A stretch of 64,000 nt of DNA from Bryobacterales bacterium (lineage in GTDB: Bacteria; Acidobacteriota; Terriglobia; Bryobacterales; UBA6623): contig OY729428.2 of the NCBI GenBank assembly GCA_963422375.2, positions 1,344,001 through 1,408,000 of the forward strand, given 5' to 3'. Both the position numbers and the translations under genes were made by a program. The notes under the pieces were generated by a model, which was not told where the DNA came from, ran no database searches, and worked only from the letters and a program-made list of their open reading frames with translations. Shown here one piece after another: positions 62,445-64,000 of the stretch. How positions within the stretch are numbered: position 1 is the stretch's first letter; every line of letters starts with the position of its first letter.

Positions 62445-63893
62445 GGGAATTATATATCTGAGTGCCGACGACGCCATATCCGGCTAGAACTGCTCTGATT
62501 GGGGACGTCGGCGTCTAGCTCGGGTCTTTCGTGTGCAGCCGAGGTGGGCACCGAAAGGTCGGTTCGTATCTGAATCGCTCCTGCAAGCGGATTTCGCGGC
62601 CCACGGACTGGAGAGGCCGCCTCGGGCGCCCCGGTGGAACCCGGATTGCCGTGGAGAGGCTCCCCTTCCAAGGCGGCTGCATCTATGAATTGTCCGGACT
62701 GGACACCGGTCGCGGCGCGGGATTCCGGATCCGGAGCGCCCTTCGCACCGAGCGTGAAGAGAGGCCGCGGCGGACCGGCCAGGCCGTGCTCGGGCCGCGA
62801 CCGCGGCCTTGCCGACCAGTTGCCGGTAGGTCAGCGTCCGGCCGACCGGGCCCCGCGCCATGCGCCGCATCCGTTCCGCCGTGTCGCAGTTGCGGGCGTT
62901 GCGCCGTCCCGCGAACTCCGTGAGGTAGCGGCCCGAATGTTGGACGCTCATCCGGTGATAGGTTCCGTAGAGGCCGCGCTTGAACAGGGACCGGAACGAC
63001 TCGATGCCGTTCGCATGCGCTGTCCCGCGCACGTACTCGCCGCCGGAGTGCTTGACGCCCTCGTGCGGGAACTGCGCCATGCCGGCCCAGACCGCCGCCT
63101 CGTCGGAGCGGACCTGCGCGCCCGGCGCGACCCGGCCGCGCACGAAGCCCTGCAGGTCGCCCTCGGTCGTGCCCGGCAGCGGCCGGGCGGCCACTTCGTT
63201 CGTGGCGCGGTCCCGCGCGCCCGCCACCGAGGTCTTGCCGATGGGCCCGCGCCCGGCACGGGCCTTCTTGCTCTCGTGCTTGTTGCGCTCCTTGCCGCCG
63301 ACGTAGGTCTCGTCCACTTCCACCGGGCCGACGAACAGGTCCCGGTCCCGCTCCCGGCAAGCGCGGATGCGGTGCGCCAGGTGCCAGGCCGACTTCCGGC
63401 TGATGCCCGGGTCGCGGTGCAGCTTCATGCTGGAGACGCCCTTGATGCCGGTGGTCAGCAGGAACAGGGCGACGGCCCGGGTGCGGTAGCCGAGCTTGGT
63501 GTCGGCCATCACGCTGCCGGTGCGCACGGAAAAGCGCTTGCCGCAGCCGCGGCAACGGTACGGCATCGAAGGGTGGGCCGCGTCGGACTGCACGCTGGAG
63601 CCGCGGCAGCGGGGGCACGCGGGACCGTCCGGCCAGCGCATGGAGGCGAACCACTTTTCCGCGGATTCGTCATCGGGGAACATGGCGATCACTTCGATCA
63701 AGGTGATGCCTTTACGAAACGACTTCCCGGGATCTTTCTGCTTCTCCTTCTTCAAAGAAGACCTCCTATATTGGAACTATTCTATCAAGAAACTCCACAG
63801 ACTTTCAACAGATAAACGGAAGAAATATCAAATTGATTTATGGATTGATAATTTGCCAAATAGGTTGCCTCGGCACTCAGATATATAATTCCC
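62445..63893 (-). mobile_element. IS1595-family insertion sequence
   Basis: Perfect 24-bp IRs GGGAATTATATATCTGAGTGCCGA at 62445-62468 and 63870-63893. Confidence 0.92.
62484..63755 (-). CDS. IS1595 DDE transposase (probably degenerate)
   Basis: RWPDGPACPRC, YRCRGC, VEVDETYVGG, SDE, HANGIES, YLTEF. Confidence 0.88.
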   Translation of the reverse strand: MKKEKQKDPGKSFRKGITLIEVIAMFPDDESAEKWFASMRWPDGPACPRCRGSSVQSDAAHPSMPYRCRGCGKRFSVRTGSVMADTKLGYRTRAVALFLLTTGIKGVSSMKLHRDPGISRKSAWHLAHRIRACRERDRDLFVGPVEVDETYVGGKERNKHESKKARAGRGPIGKTSVAGARDRATNEVAARPLPGTTEGDLQGFVRGRVAPGAQVRSDEAAVWAGMAQFPHEGVKHSGGEYVRGTAHANGIESFRSLFKRGLYGTYHRMSVQHSGRYLTEFAGRRNARNCDTAERMRRMARGPVGRTLTYRQLVGKAAVAARARPGRSAAASLHARCEGRSGSGIPRRDRCPVRTIHRCSRLGRGASPRQSGFHRGARGGLSSPWAAKSACRSDSDTNRPFGAHLGCTRKTRARRRRPQSEQF

Positions 63894-64000
63894 AAGAGAA
63901 TCCGTCAAGCTCAGGCTAGGCCGCGCCAACAACGGGGCCGGACCCGTCTGGCGAGTTCACGGACAGTACAAGTCTTTCCAACCCAGCAGGTCAAGCGGTC

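Noticed and set aside
1..64000. CRISPR array, cas genes or reverse transcriptase
   Set aside because: No regularly spaced repeat-spacer array, and no Cas or RT (YxDD) ORF recognised

Overview
High-GC bacterial chromosomal window. The gene repertoire suggests Acidobacteriota (inference): Acidobacterial-type VWA proteins, an Oar-like TonB receptor, DUF1501/DUF1553 proteins, many sulfatases and Gfo/Idh/MocA oxidoreductases. Positions 1-~6165 are the end of a prophage: YqaJ/RecT recombination, small Cys-rich and HTH genes, a ParB-replication initiator fusion with internal iteron-like repeats, and a tyrosine integrase. The prophage appears to have integrated into the PMFHCNGW motif of an acyl-CoA synthetase gene. 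Most of the rest is core or catabolic genes (selB, tpiA, secG, tRNA-Leu(GAG), dut, cysteine desulfurase, Hsp20, five sulfatases), interrupted by decayed mobile DNA. The most notable structure is a 4.87-kb element with no recognisable transposase (33341-38213). It has CAGCGATTCTA terminal inverted repeats and an exact 9-bp target duplication. Its only large intact gene is a Ser/Thr kinase-TM-FGE(CLec) receptor whose C-terminus resembles a DGR variable region followed by a GAA-loop hairpin. No RT or TR was found in the window. Also present: two copies of a 255-bp MITE, an IS1595 with perfect 24-bp IRs, an IS110 remnant, an apparently plug-less TonB-type barrel, and an apparent AT->GC (CTGG->CCGG) decay signature in relaxed sequences. 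All family calls come from motif recognition by eye; no database searches were run.
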